Assembly: GCF_006345805.1 (NCBI RefSeq)
Contig: NC_042997.1
Location: 171,430,001-171,494,000, forward strand
Direction of reading: 5' to 3'
DNA from: Octopus sinensis
Taxonomy: Eukaryota
DNA length: 64,000 nt
Position 1 is the stretch's first letter. Every line of letters starts with the position of its first letter. The notes under the pieces were generated by a model. That model saw nothing but the letters and a program-made list of their open reading frames with translations, was not told the DNA's origin and ran no database searches. Below are positions 1 through 12,413 of this stretch, piece after piece. The position numbers and the translations under genes are program-made.

Positions 1-734
1 TCTTTAAGTTTCTGTCTACCAAATACATTCATAAAGCTTTAGTTGACCCAGGGTTTTTGTAGAAGACATTTGCTGAGTTGGGACTGAACTCACAACCATG
101 TAGTTGGGAAACAATCTTCTCACTACACAGCCATGCCTGCACCTACACATATATACAAATTTTCCTCGGTTTACACACTACCTGATTTGCTTGGTCTCAT
201 TTTGGCACAGTTAGTTTGGATCGATTTTATTCATACTATATGTACACAGAAACAGCATTTCAACATTTCATTTTCATTTTCATTTTTCCTTTCCTTTCCT
301 TTCATCTCATTTCCAAATTGTGTTAGACCGCACTAAACTAACACTTATTTTATTTTCTCATACTTTATTGAATATTTTAGAAGTTGAATAATAGTTTCAA
401 ATGTCAAATAAGTCAATTTGTCAAGAAATAAGAATTGATATATTAAATAAACTTCAAAACGGAAAGAGATAAAAAGAGATGGAGGAATAGTTTAATATAA
501 ATGAAGCAACTGTTAGAAGAACTTAGAAAATATATTGGGAAAGCTCTATTATTTAGGATAGAAGGGGAAACCCCTTGTCATGACAATATATAAGAAAGGT
601 AAATCAGGGCTAGTCTTGACTTATTCACTTACCCAGCTATTTTCATTGTTAATCCATGAGTTGGAGAGTGGCAGTCAACTTGTTAAAATTTCCATCTGAT
701 TCAATACATGATGAAATGCATAACATATGATGGT

Positions 735-1105
735 TAGGCGTAGGAGTGGCTGTGTGGTAAGTAGCTTGCTTACCAACCACATGGTTCTGGGTTCAGTCCC
801 ACTGCATTGCACCTTGGACAAGTGACTTCTACTATAGCCTCAGGCCGACCAAAGCCTTGTGAGTGAATTTGGTAGACGGAAACTGAAAGAAACCTGTCTT
901 ATATATATATATATATAATTTCAAAATAAGGTGATTAAAATCAAAATAAGCAACAGGATATCCTTGTTGCTTATTTTGATTTGAATCACCTTATTTTGAA
1001 ATTGTATGATAATACCGTACTAAATTCTGGTACCTCAACCTAAGTACCATATTCATCTGAATCTATCTATCTATCTATCCATCCATCCATCCATCCATCC
1101 ATCCA

Positions 1106-1146
<41 letters not shown>

Positions 1147-1387
1147 GTATATGTATATGTATATATGTGTGTATGTGTTTGTGTGTGTGTGTTTGTGCTC
1201 CCAACATCGCTCAACAACAGATGCTGGTGTGTTTACATCCCCGTAACTTAGTGGTTTGGCAAAAGAGACCGATAGAGTAAGTACTAGGCTTACAAAGAAT
1301 AAGTCCTGGGGTTGATTTGCTCAACTAAAGGTGGTGCACCAACATGGCTGTAGTCAAATGACTGAAACAAGTAAAAGAATAAAAGAG
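735..1387 (+). mobile_element. tRNA-derived CORE-type SINE (OR2-like; name tentative), full length with internal microsatellite
   Basis: Head ggcgtaggagtggctgtgtggtaag...ggttcagtccc (A/B-box-like), CORE-like ccttgg(g/a)caagtg, tail gaaacaagtaaaagaataaaagag; recurs many times in the window. Confidence 0.8.
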
Positions 1388-1422
1388 TATATATATGTCC
1401 TCTTCTGCATTTTTGTTCCATT

Positions 1423-1480
<58 letters not shown>

Positions 1481-3934
1481 GTGGCATACATACATCCTTG
1501 TGCTCACCTTATAGTAGGTATGTATCTAAATTTTGAATGACTCTTACTTTATCTTTTATTTCCTCTCTCATTTTTCTTCCTTTCTCTCTCTCCCCTCTTT
1601 CACATTTCTTGGTCCTCTCTTTCTTTAACTCCCACTATTTCCCACATGTTTATCTCCCCTGCACCTTTCCCTTTGTTTCTGATTTTTTTTCTAATCCTAC
1701 AATCCCGCTGTCCCCTACCCATCTATCCTCCTTCCATGTAACGGTGTCCGGTCAGCCATGATCTTTCTTTTTTGGCCTGACTGCCAACCATCAGCATGTC
1801 TTGTGTCCATCTCCCATGTTCCTGCCTTTAGGCTTTCACTTCATACACCCCAGCTCAGTTTGAATCGTTCTCAGTTGAAAGACGCCTGTTCTTATTTCTT
1901 GTTGTTGTATTCATAATTGTGTATCATGTTCTCCATTTTTTTTGTTTGTTTGTTTTTTCGTCTTTGTTGCTGTATACAAAAGCGCTAGCTTTTTAACAAA
2001 GGGGTCTAATGCTCTTAGCTTAGACTTTTTTGTGGGTAACCAGATCGAACTATCTCATGTGTAACTGTCCGAAATGGTCATGACTTCTGGTACTTGACTG
2101 ATGAAAGAAAGCCAAATATGACCCGTCTTTTTTTGCCTGTCCTTCTAACTGTTGTTTCTCTTGTCCACCTTTGTATTGTCTATCTGTCCGAACGTTTTAA
2201 TGCCCCCTATTGCGTTTTTGTTTTATTTTTATATAGGTTCAAGACCTATTTCTAATGTCAAGGGCATCCAGCTGTAGAAACACTACCAGATCAGACTGGA
2301 GCCTGGTGCAGCCTCCTGGCTTCCCAGACCCCGGTCGAACCGTCCAACACATGCTAGCACGGAAAACGGATGTTAAACGATGATGATGATGACGTATGAG
2401 CATTCAGTTTTTGCCAAACATCCTGTATAAATGATTTGTTTATAGTGATCAAGTCTTCATGCCGCACATTAGCTCACTCTCTCCATCAAATAGACAGTGT
2501 CATGACAGTAGCACTGTGTACCATGCGTCAGGTATCGAAGTGATCGCAGTACAACGGGAAATGAAGTGTTTTGCTCAAGAACGCAATGCACCACCTGGGC
2601 TAGGAATTGAAATCACTAGGCCACCATATGCATGTGCAGTCACCAACAATAATCACATTTACTATGATTTCAATCAAGAATTGTTTTGTTTAAACTTTGT
2701 CCTTTTCCATTTATCAATTGCTAGCAAGGACAGTATTTGGTTTTGCTACCTTAATATAATACCCAGAATATTAAAGGCTTGCAAATCAATACTGTGCGTT
2801 ACTTTTGTGTTTGCAGGGCGATTCTCATTTTAAAGTTTATTTCTGTATATTTTCTACAGAATTCAGAGCCTGCTCTGAAAGTTATGACATTTCATATATG
2901 AATACGTCTATGTAAGTAATGCGATTGAAGACAGAAAATAAGGCAATGAGTGTATATGCACATTTCAAGTGTTATTGCTCTTTCATCAGCACTACATCCA
3001 ACTCATCAACGATCCACGAGCACATTGCTTAAATACCCAGTAAGTTTAACAGTGTAACACTATTGGGTTGACCAATTTACATATTAAACACATTCCTGGC
3101 AACTGGTACGTAAATATTAATTGCTAGTATGGAAGCAATATTTCGTTTTTCAACCATAATACACTCCCAAGTATATTGAAAGTTTACTAGTCAATATCAT
3201 GTCTTACATTTTTTGTGTTAGCAGTGTGATATTCTCATTTTTATTTTTGCTATCTTTGATTGCATTGTTTACATAAATGTATTTGAATATGAAAGGTAAC
3301 TTTCAGTTTTGTCTCTGAATTCGATAGAAAATCTGTAGAAATAAACATTAAAATTTTTATCTTGTTTCATTAAAAACATATTTTCTTTGTTGAACATGAT
3401 TTTGATTTGTACGGTGATTTGTTGGATCAATCTACTGGGCAAACAGAGAGAGAGACAGAGACAGACAGACAGACGGAACAGAGGTGTGTGTGTGTGTGTG
3501 TGTGTGGTGTTTGCGTGAGTAAGGTTGAGTTAAAAATTATCCAATGACAGACATGCTGAAAATAGAATTTCTAAATAACAAAGACTAGGGTTCAAGACCT
3601 ATTTCTAATGTAAACTGAGTTTATTAAATTGATTTATCTTATTTTACCGATGAAATGCTAGACCGTATCTAGCAGGAATTTGAACCCATTACCAGTAAAG
3701 AAAGTATATGAAAGACCTACGAGATGAGTTCAATAAATTCACTTGCCGTGGGGAGTGAAGAATCTAATATTCCTGGCTGTTGCCCACAGCCATGCAACAA
3801 CCTCTCTTTCTCTGTCTCAGACCAAAGGTTATGCTTCGAATATTTAGGTTTTGAATTCTCACAGGAACTCAAAATTTTATGTTAATTCAAGAACAGACTT
3901 GTAGGTGATAACTCAAGTTTCCTAATTGTTCTAT

Positions 3935-4255
3935 ATTTAAGAGATGAGGAATTATGTACATTATATGCCCATGGGCATATGGCATAGTGGTTAAGAGTGT
4001 GCGCTACTAACACCAAGATTCCGAGTTCAATTCCAAGCAGTGACCTGAACAATAACAATAATAATAATAATTATAATAACAATAATAACAATAATAGTAA
4101 TAACAAGATCAAAAAATACTTTAGAAATAAGAACCCAGGTTTGAAATTTTCCCAAGACACCTGAAGAAGGCTGGAGGGTATATCAGCCGAAATGTTGTGT
4201 TAATAACAAACAAGATGAGGACAAATGTCTGTTGAATGTAAATAATGCAAATAAT
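3935..4255 (+). mobile_element. tRNA-headed SINE-like element with a hammerhead-like 3' module
   Basis: A box TGGCATAGTGG (3980-3990), B box GAGTTCAATTCC (4023-4034), (AAT)n spacer, then an HHR-like motif at 4156-4201. Confidence 0.6.
4156..4201 (+). ncRNA. Minimal type I hammerhead-ribozyme-like motif (degenerate)
   Basis: GACAC-CTGAAGA-A-GGCTG(10-nt loop)CAGCC-GAAA-TGTT-GTGTT. Stem I is GACAC/GTGTT and stem II is 5 bp; stem III would be the palindrome ACGT but carries C>T. Confidence 0.6.
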
Positions 4256-4754
4256 GTCAAGTTCTTGAATTTTACTTGAAAGGAAGTTTCTATTTCACTG
4301 AAATGGAATAAATTCTGCTGCTTTATTTCAGCATTTTCTGACCAGGATTGCTCAAGAAAGCACTAGATATTCCTCTGGAAAAAGTGCATTTTCGAGTAAT
4401 TATTTTGTGTTTAATTCGATGCTTGCAGTTTTATTGTACTATCAAGTCAGATTCCTTGGTAGTAAAGAGATTCTTAAGGGAAAGGTCAAGAAGTTAAAAC
4501 ATTGATAAACAAAGTTCCTCAAAAGTGAAATGGTTCCAAGAGGCTGTTGTATTCCTTCAGTTTGTATATATATTCTTTTATTCTTTTACTTGTTTCAGGC
4601 ATTAGACTGTGGCCATGCTGGGGCACTGTCTTGAACTTTTCAGTCGAATTGACTTCTTTTTTTAAGCCTAGTACTTATCCTATCAGTCTCCATTGCTGAA
4701 CCGCTAAGTTATGAGGACATAAACACACCAACACTAGTTGTCAAATGGTGGTGA

Positions 4755-4789
<35 letters not shown>

Positions 4790-5986
4790 GAGCTTCTTTC
4801 AGTTTCCATCTACCAAATCCACTCACAAGGCTTTGATCAGCTTAGACTTTTTTTGGGGACAACCAAATTGAACCATCTCAAGGTGCCTTGCAGTGGGACT
4901 GAACCTGGAACCATGTGGTTGGGAAGCAAGCTTCTTTCCACACAGTCATGCCTGCGCCTCTATATACTGTATATATATATCACACACATAGAGTCTCTCA
5001 CACGCATGCATGCACATACAAGTGAGTATACAAACAAAAGGAAGTAACACTGTACTCAGTAAGAGTTACTTATATTTTATAGTAATAGTTTGACTCAGCT
5101 CCATCTGACTTAATGTTTTATGGGCTGATAGGATGAATCTATCTCATCGGTTCATGAAATATTTGTGGTGACTTGGTGCTTTTATTCAGTTTCTTTCTTC
5201 TTGATAGGACATTGTCCGTTGTCAAAATACATAATTTTATACAGAAAGTATTTATAATTTATGCCTACCATGAATAAATAAATAAATAAATAAATTAAGT
5301 AATTAATAAATAAATAGATATATATATAAAAATTATAGAAAAATCACTATTCCCTCTAAGTTTGGAGTTTTATTATTACTATATATATATATATATATAT
5401 ATATAAGGAAGAGAGAGAGAGAATGCACTTTGTAGAGACACTATGAAAACGACTGTCTGATACAGACTATATAAATAATAATTGACAGACAGACAAACAT
5501 ACAGATGAATAGATAGATAGAAGGAATTCTGTGTGTCTGTGTTTGAATTAAGAGAGATGTTGGTAGAATTGAGTAAATAGAAACCAAAATAAAAAATAAA
5601 AAATCCGAACAATTTTATTCAGAGAAATATTGGAGAATTCTGTCTGTGAAATGTCGTTAGTGTTATTAGCAAAATGCTATGATCGTCTGTTTAATAGACT
5701 GTGCTCGTCTGTTTTTAATAGAACTGTGATCGTCTGCCTTTTCACCATTATTCAAGCAGACGACACTCAAGTATATACTTCGTTGTTAGATGTCTAGCAC
5801 TGCATCAGTCAATGGTTCGTGCCACCAATAACATCGTTTAGATGTGTACAAAACACACACACACACAATTTTATTTCTATCATGTATTACTGCACTTCAC
5901 TTAAGAATTTTTTAGGCAATGTGTGAATGCAGTTGGGGCAAGGTTTGTGAACTTAACTTTAGCTTGAAATTCTACGTTCTTTCCTC

Positions 5987-6410
5987 GGATCTTTTCGGTT
6001 TGAATGGCAGTTTTTAACATAATTTCTAGGTAACAAAAAAATTTTAAACTTTGTATAATGGTAGAATGTGTTTATAAAGCATCTTTTTCTCTTGGCTTTA
6101 TTGAGAAAATTCTATAGTTTGTAAGATATTTTTTGTTTTCCTTTCTTCAATTTCTGCAATTTCAACCAATCACTGACGTCTATTGAGTTAAAAAACATTG
6201 TGCCGTATGAATATGTCCCTCGTTTAAAAACAGATTGGGTTTATTTACATTTTTGAAGAAAAAAAGATACCCTTCCCCCCACCCTAACCCTAACTAACCC
6301 TAACCCTAAAACAGATTGCTATGCAATAGATCAATACTAGGGTCATAATTATGGGTGACAATTTCATATGACACCACTAGAAAAAACTGCCGTTCAAACC
6401 GAAAAGATCC
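5987..6410. mobile_element. MITE with ~30-bp TIRs and 8-bp TSD, carrying a short (TAACCC)n tract
   Basis: GGATCTTTTCGGTTTGAATGGCAGTTTTT ... AAAAACTGCCGTTCAAACCGAAAAGATCC; CTTTCCTC at 5979-5986 and 6411-6418. Confidence 0.88.
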
Positions 6411-6798
6411 CTTTCCTCCGTCAGTGTTGCTTGCCATGGATATATACACACAGTTATTCCATTTTAGACTTACTTCCTTAAAAAAAAATTAGCCTACTGA
6501 GAAACATTTTCATCTGTTGTACGACTTTCATAACTGCCAGCAATTTTGAGGAGTCGGTTAATCGATTAAATCAATCCCTATACTTGACCAGTACTTTATT
6601 TCATCAACCCCGGAGGGATGGAATGTAGAATTTGACAATGCTTGACAAAACAATAATTCCTCGTATAAACTGTTTTATCCAAATATATGACAAAATATCA
6701 ATAACTGATCCATATTTCTAATGTCAGAATTCTCATTCAATTGAATGGTAAATTTAATACTTTTGGCAGTTATTTCAATAAACTGCTGAAATTAGTTA

Positions 6799-7463
6799 CA
6801 GGTCCTTGTCGACTTACGACCTATCCGACTTACGACCGATTGACTTTACAACGATTGATGCGCCAGCTTCCAGTAGCAATAATAGATAGTTCAGTTGAAA
6901 TCTAATGAGTTTAATTTCTTAGCAATTAACCCATCTATGGACGATGTCAGCTAACAAACGTTTCCCCTAGGTTTGGTTATTGATCGTCACTGTGTTGGAT
7001 GACTATCCTGTCACGGAGATATTGAAGCACCACGTATTTTTTTGTAAGACGACCGCTTCAGACTCTGAAATTTTTGACTAACACCTTTATAATAGTATAA
7101 TACAGAATGATGTGTGTAACCATTACCTGTGAATGTACCTTACCCTTTTGTTACTGTATTTATTTTGAGATGCTCTGTGTTTCTTCCAATTATTTTAAAT
7201 ATAACAAAGAATTTAGTAAAATAACATTGTTATCATTAAGCTAGTGTTAGGAACATAAATTGTGACTAAGATTTAGTGGAAGATTTGAATTCAAAACTTA
7301 TGAAAACAAGACATTTATACTAAAGAGCCAGAGCCGGTTTCAGCCGGGTTGGTAATGAAAGGGTTAAGAATGTAAAATTATAAAACAAAGCTATGTAGGC
7401 CTATAGGTCGACTTTCAACCAGTCAGTCAGAACCAATTATGGTCATAAGTCGATGACAACCTG
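6799..7463. mobile_element. pogo/Tigger-like MITE (TA TSD) containing a nested piggyBac-like MITE (~7080-7367)
   Basis: TA-CAGG...TCGACTTACGACC and GGTCATAAGTCGA...CCTG-TA termini; the inner element ends ...GAAAGGG-TTAA. Confidence 0.65.
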
Positions 7464-8663
7464 TATTACGAATTTCTGTGAGTCGTTTGCAAATACCATA
7501 TCTGCCAATAGTGGAATGTCTCTTATTTTCCTTGCACGAATTTTTCCGTGAAAAATTCATGATTTTACTTGCCGTTGGCAATAAAAATTCATTACCAGTT
7601 TTGTGATTGGTTTCTTAGTTTTTGTAATTAAGTATACAGTTTTGTATGATAACTCTATATTTTACTCCAACCAGTGTTTATTTTTCAAAATATTGTTTTG
7701 TCCTTTCAAAAAATTCAGCAATTTTCTTTGAAGTTATAATGATTTGTTTTGCCTAAGAAGCATGTCTACTATTGAGATGTTTTAATTTAGAAAGATTTCA
7801 TATTTTCATTTGCCTAATATTCGTTACAATTAAAGTGACTGGACGGTGTTCTTCATGCCTAAGAGCTAAAGTAAACCGATATTGGGAGAGAGAGAGAGAA
7901 AGAGAAAGTTCGGTCGTAATTTTAATTTTGTGCAGCATTATTCAGTCACTTTCAGATTCAGGTCACTGCTTCCAGCTTCTGAAAGAACTACCACTTCAGC
8001 CTTTTAAATGTCATGTTCTTCTTTGACAAATTTAACCCCAATGAAAGTTAGTCAAGATGGCATTATTACTTGTGTAATAAATTCAAAATTGAAATATTTA
8101 AAACCTCGTTTTTTTTTTTTTATACATTTATTAAAATAATTAGATGCGATATAAAGTTATGCTGGAAAACGGAAAAAAATTGCTTAATTTGTTGATTTTA
8201 CATAAAAATTATACAATTACACACAAGTTACAATTAAATTAACTCAATGATACAGACTGATGCGACAGTTCAATCTACTTTCAGATTGAGAATTCAAAAT
8301 CATGGCTGTAAACACACATCCTGTTAACAACACCATTCGCAAATAAACATTTTCCTCTTTTAGTAAAACATACAGCCTGATCATAAGTCAAGGTGCAAAG
8401 TATTGCGAAGCACAATACCAAAAACACAACTAATCATTAGAAAATGTTACTAAAGGTACGGAAATTAGTATTGCTTACAAAATATACAAATATCTTGTTT
8501 GTATGTGCTCTGTTACTCTATTGACATGGGTCGTGTTTCTAGTGGAAATGTATATATAAAATTATGTACATACAGCTCATTTCCCTCAGAAGGTGATAGA
8601 ATGAGAAGTATGAAAGTGATAATGCTTTTTATACGCTTTAGCATTACCACAATTCTTAAAACT

Positions 8664-8902
8664 TATTTCTTTATTGCCCACAAGGGGCTAAACACAGAGG
8701 GGACAAATAAAGACAGACAAAGGGATTAAGTCGATTACATCAACCCCAGTGCGTAACTGGTACTTATTTAATCGACCCCGAAAGGATGAAAGGTAAAGTC
8801 AACCTCGGCGGAATTTGAACTCAGAACATAACAGCAGACAAAATGCTGCTAAGCATTTCGTTGGCATGCTAACATTTCTGCCAGCTCGCCGCCTTAAAAA
8901 GT
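8664..8902 (-). mobile_element. Second tRNA-derived SINE family (OK/OR1-like; name tentative) with a 21-bp TSD
   Basis: Head aaggcggcgagctggcagaa...gagttcaaattcc; central catcctttcggggtcgat; TSD ATTACCACAATTCTTAAAACT at 8643-8663 and 8903-8923. Confidence 0.85.
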
Positions 8903-10544
8903 ATTACCACAATTCTTAAAACTGCCAGAATCTACAGACCTCAGCTGAAAATTCAAGAAAACTCAAATGTCATCTGTTGGAGAAACACATTGAATCCGTA
9001 ACCAAGAATCGAAGCCTTGGTCTTTTATGTTTCGGTCTATTGTTCTTGGTATCTGCATTTGGAATTTATTATTTCAACCTGTCAAATTGGTGAACATCTT
9101 AGGTGAGACAGAGTTCAGTTTAGATGTCCCGATCAATTCTGTTGTTATTGACTTAATTCAACTTTAGCACAGCTATAAATTCGAGTTACCTATAGAAACT
9201 CATTCTCTTTTCTCAGGAACTTTTAGAGAATTAACTTCTCTCTTTCTCTTTTCCACATGGTAGAGAATTAACTTGTCATTAATGACAACCACGCGTGAGC
9301 AGGCTGCTACAACAACTGAAAAATTCTCTATCAAAACTAACATTTTTATTTACTTTCAAGCCGTTGTAGTTGTGAAAAACTTTGTTACGATTGAGCAAAA
9401 TCTATGGTAATCATAAACTATTTCTTTCAATACATCTGGAAATGGTAAACTATGCAACACGCAACCTCTCCTCAAATGCTTCCTTTCTCAGCCTTTTCTA
9501 TAACTTGCAACGCCTCCTCTGTGCTACAACCTGCCAATCACAATTATGCCATTATATTCAATGACCTCTACATATCACATTTAACTGCTACAGTTGGTAA
9601 CTCTGATGCTTCCAGCATGCTACATATCTCTCAGGGGTAGAACATGAAAGACCATGGGATTGCACCTAGAAAGTTATCCTCGGAGGCACAAGTCCGAGCA
9701 AGGTTATTTATGGAAGACCAGCAGTCGCCCATAACATTCTCTCCTCTCCACATCACCGATGTTATCCAAGCAAAAGGCAAAGGCTGATACAGCTTAGCAC
9801 CAGTGACGTCACAAATCATTTCTACAGTTAAGTGAACTCGAGCGACATGAAATAAAGTGTCTTGCTCAATAAAGCAACATACAGCCCAGTTCAAGAATCG
9901 AACTCACTACTTCATGATTGTCAGCTCGACACTCTAGCCACTGAACCAAGTGCCTTCATATAGGGTAATTAAAAGCAGTAACGTTCATATACTGTTGACT
10001 CAAATGTTGCTGAAGGTGAGGTGTGTGCATGTTTATTTATATACACATTTCAATACATATGTATATTTACACACAAACACACCTATGCCCAGGTAAAGGT
10101 TATATACAATGTGTATGTTTTATTGTACTTCGATTACGTATCATTGCGTTTAATCTCTATCACTCTCCCCTTTCTATTTATAAATGAGGGTGTGTGTATA
10201 ATTTTTACAAGGAAAAGATTGAAAGTTACGTTTATTGAAAGTTTGTCTAACCTTACATATACTTTTTAGTTCAGCTTGTGGGTAAAGCAATGTGGTTGCA
10301 AAGTTGGTGTGCATACACAAACACTTGCAAAAACGCTTGTGCAAAACCATTGTCAATATTGTTAGTTTTAAATAAACATGCATAAATACATAGTACATAC
10401 AGTCTTTTGTCTATGTATGTAGCTACAAAACTACTCACACACAGACCAATGTTTCCCAGTAGCTCGTATCAAATCTTTCCTACTTATTAATATATATATA
10501 TAATCAATATATATATATATATATATTTCATTATATAGGTCTCA

Positions 10545-11228
10545 CTGAGGAAATGACTAGAACCGAGACCTCTGGAAGTGTGCTGTGCGCGAGAAGACCC
10601 GCAGGACAAGTGAGTCCATAACCCATGGCCTTCTACATGGGATGGAGCCAGCCTACGTATGCATACCTTCCCTTCTTGGGACACAAACTCTACTTGTGAA
10701 GACGTGATGAGGCAAGTGAGGATCAGAATCGAAATCGATCAATGGAAATGCGGATGTGCTACCAGTGCCGGTGGCATGTCAAAACTCTGCTTGTGAAGAC
10801 CCGTTGAGGCAAGTGACGATCAGATCGAAATCGATCAATGGAAATCGATCAATGGAAATCGATCAATGAAATTGCAGATGTGTTACCAGTGCCGGTGGCA
10901 TGTAAGAGAACTTTCCGTTTCGCGACCGTTGCCAGCACCGCCCCGTTTCGTGTCCGTTGCCAGCCTCGCCTGGCCCTCGTGCCGGTGGCACATAAAAAGC
11001 ACCATCCGTTCGTGGCCGTTTGCCAGCTCTGTCTGGCACCAGTGCGGGTGGCACGTAAAAAGCCCCACTACACTCACGGAGTGGTAGCGTTAGGAAGGGC
11101 ATCCAGCCGTAGAAACACTGCCAATTTGACTGGGCCTGATGAAGCCTTCTGGCTTCACAGACCCCAGTAGAACCGTCCAACCCATGCTAGCATGGAAAAC
11201 GGACGCTAAACGATGATGATGATGATGA
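10545..11228 (+). mobile_element. SINE-like element of the 'aggaagggcatccag' family with an internally repetitive hairpin module and (GAT)n tail
   Basis: Shared 3' block ggcgttaggaagggcatccagc(c/t)gtagaaac...ccaacccatgctagcatggaaa...cggacg(c/t)taaa(c)gatgatg. Relatives lie at ~2255-2392, 27750-28680, 32290-32640 and 43390-44480. Confidence 0.7.
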
Positions 11229-11609
11229 TGAAATTAATCCGCTTAAAATATAAGAAAACATCATTTATTTCAATAAAACATATGATATATAATTAATCCC
11301 GAATGTTTAATGAAAAATGAATAATAAAAATAAAACAAAACAAAAATTTTTCCATAATTATAGCCAATTCAACGAATTGTCCAATTTTAATCATCAGTAT
11401 CTTGTGTTTAACGGCATTTTTTCTGGCTCTATGTTTTTAGAACCAGTTAAGTACTGAGGTCGGAGGGATCGACTTGTTCCCTCTTCCTAAAATAACTGGC
11501 CTTGCGCTAAAGTTAGAAAATTTTGTTTGTAAGATGTTGAGACATCTTCTTCCCTTTCTCTTCCTTATCTTCTTTATTTTTTTCGAATCTTTTCTGTTTG
11601 GCTGCATTC

Positions 11610-12413
11610 GCATTTAAGTATAGTATATTAATACCCCAAAATGAATACTGTTGGAAAAATTGAGATAATAAGGATTGATTCATCATTAAAAGATATACCC
11701 ATACCAACCAAGGACTATTACATCAAAGAATTAATATATAAGATTAATGAATTTATAAGATATATATATGTATGCTATTAAGGTTCTCATTTTGTTAAAT
11801 GAATAAATAATCCAACATTCTAATATCAAAAGTTGATGAACAAACTAAATTTGTTTCTCTATTTTCTTATTTGTATTATAAATTAAAGGTAAAAATATTT
11901 CTTTACCTTCATCCGTTTAATACAATAAATGAGTTAATTGCATTGCAATTAAAAGCATTTATGTATTAAGAATCTGGGTACTTTACCAACAGTATATTGG
12001 ATAAATACTATCCTTAAGTGGGTTACACCCATAACCCCTAACTTACTTTGTGTTATAAAATTAATTATTTGAGGAATATCTATTGCTAATACTTGTATAT
12101 GTATGAATTATCTATGCAATATTTGGAGTATTGCTACTATAAGTGAATGCATTTAAGTATAGTATATTAATACCTCAAAATGAATACTGTTGCAAAAATG
12201 GAGATAATAAGGATTGAATCATAACTAAAAGATATACCCATACCAACAAAGGACTATTACATCAAAGAATTAATATATAGGAGAATTTATAAGATATATA
12301 TGTATGCTATTAAGGTTCTCATTTTGTTAAATGAATAAATAATCCAACATTCTAATATCCGAAAGCTGATGAACAAACTAAATTTGTTTCTCCATTTTCT
12401 TATTTGTATTATA
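11610..12413. repeat. Local ~270-bp direct duplication (11610-11880 and 12149-12413)
   Basis: Both copies begin gcatttaagtatagtatattaatacc and end ttcttatttgtattata, with scattered substitutions and indels. Confidence 0.9.

Noticed and set aside
2094-2125. CTGATGA hammerhead-like start
   Set aside because: No intact GAAA or stem II/III follows.
2860-2911. AG...GTAAGT-bounded 52-nt plus-strand exon candidate (FRACSESYDISYMNTS frame)
   Set aside because: No recognisable homology and no consistent partner exons; cannot be supported without RNA data.
3967-4040. Possible tRNA gene
   Set aside because: A/B boxes are present but the cloverleaf is incomplete; it is a SINE head.
6282-6309. Telomere or chromosome-end signature
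   Set aside because: Only about four units, internal to a MITE.
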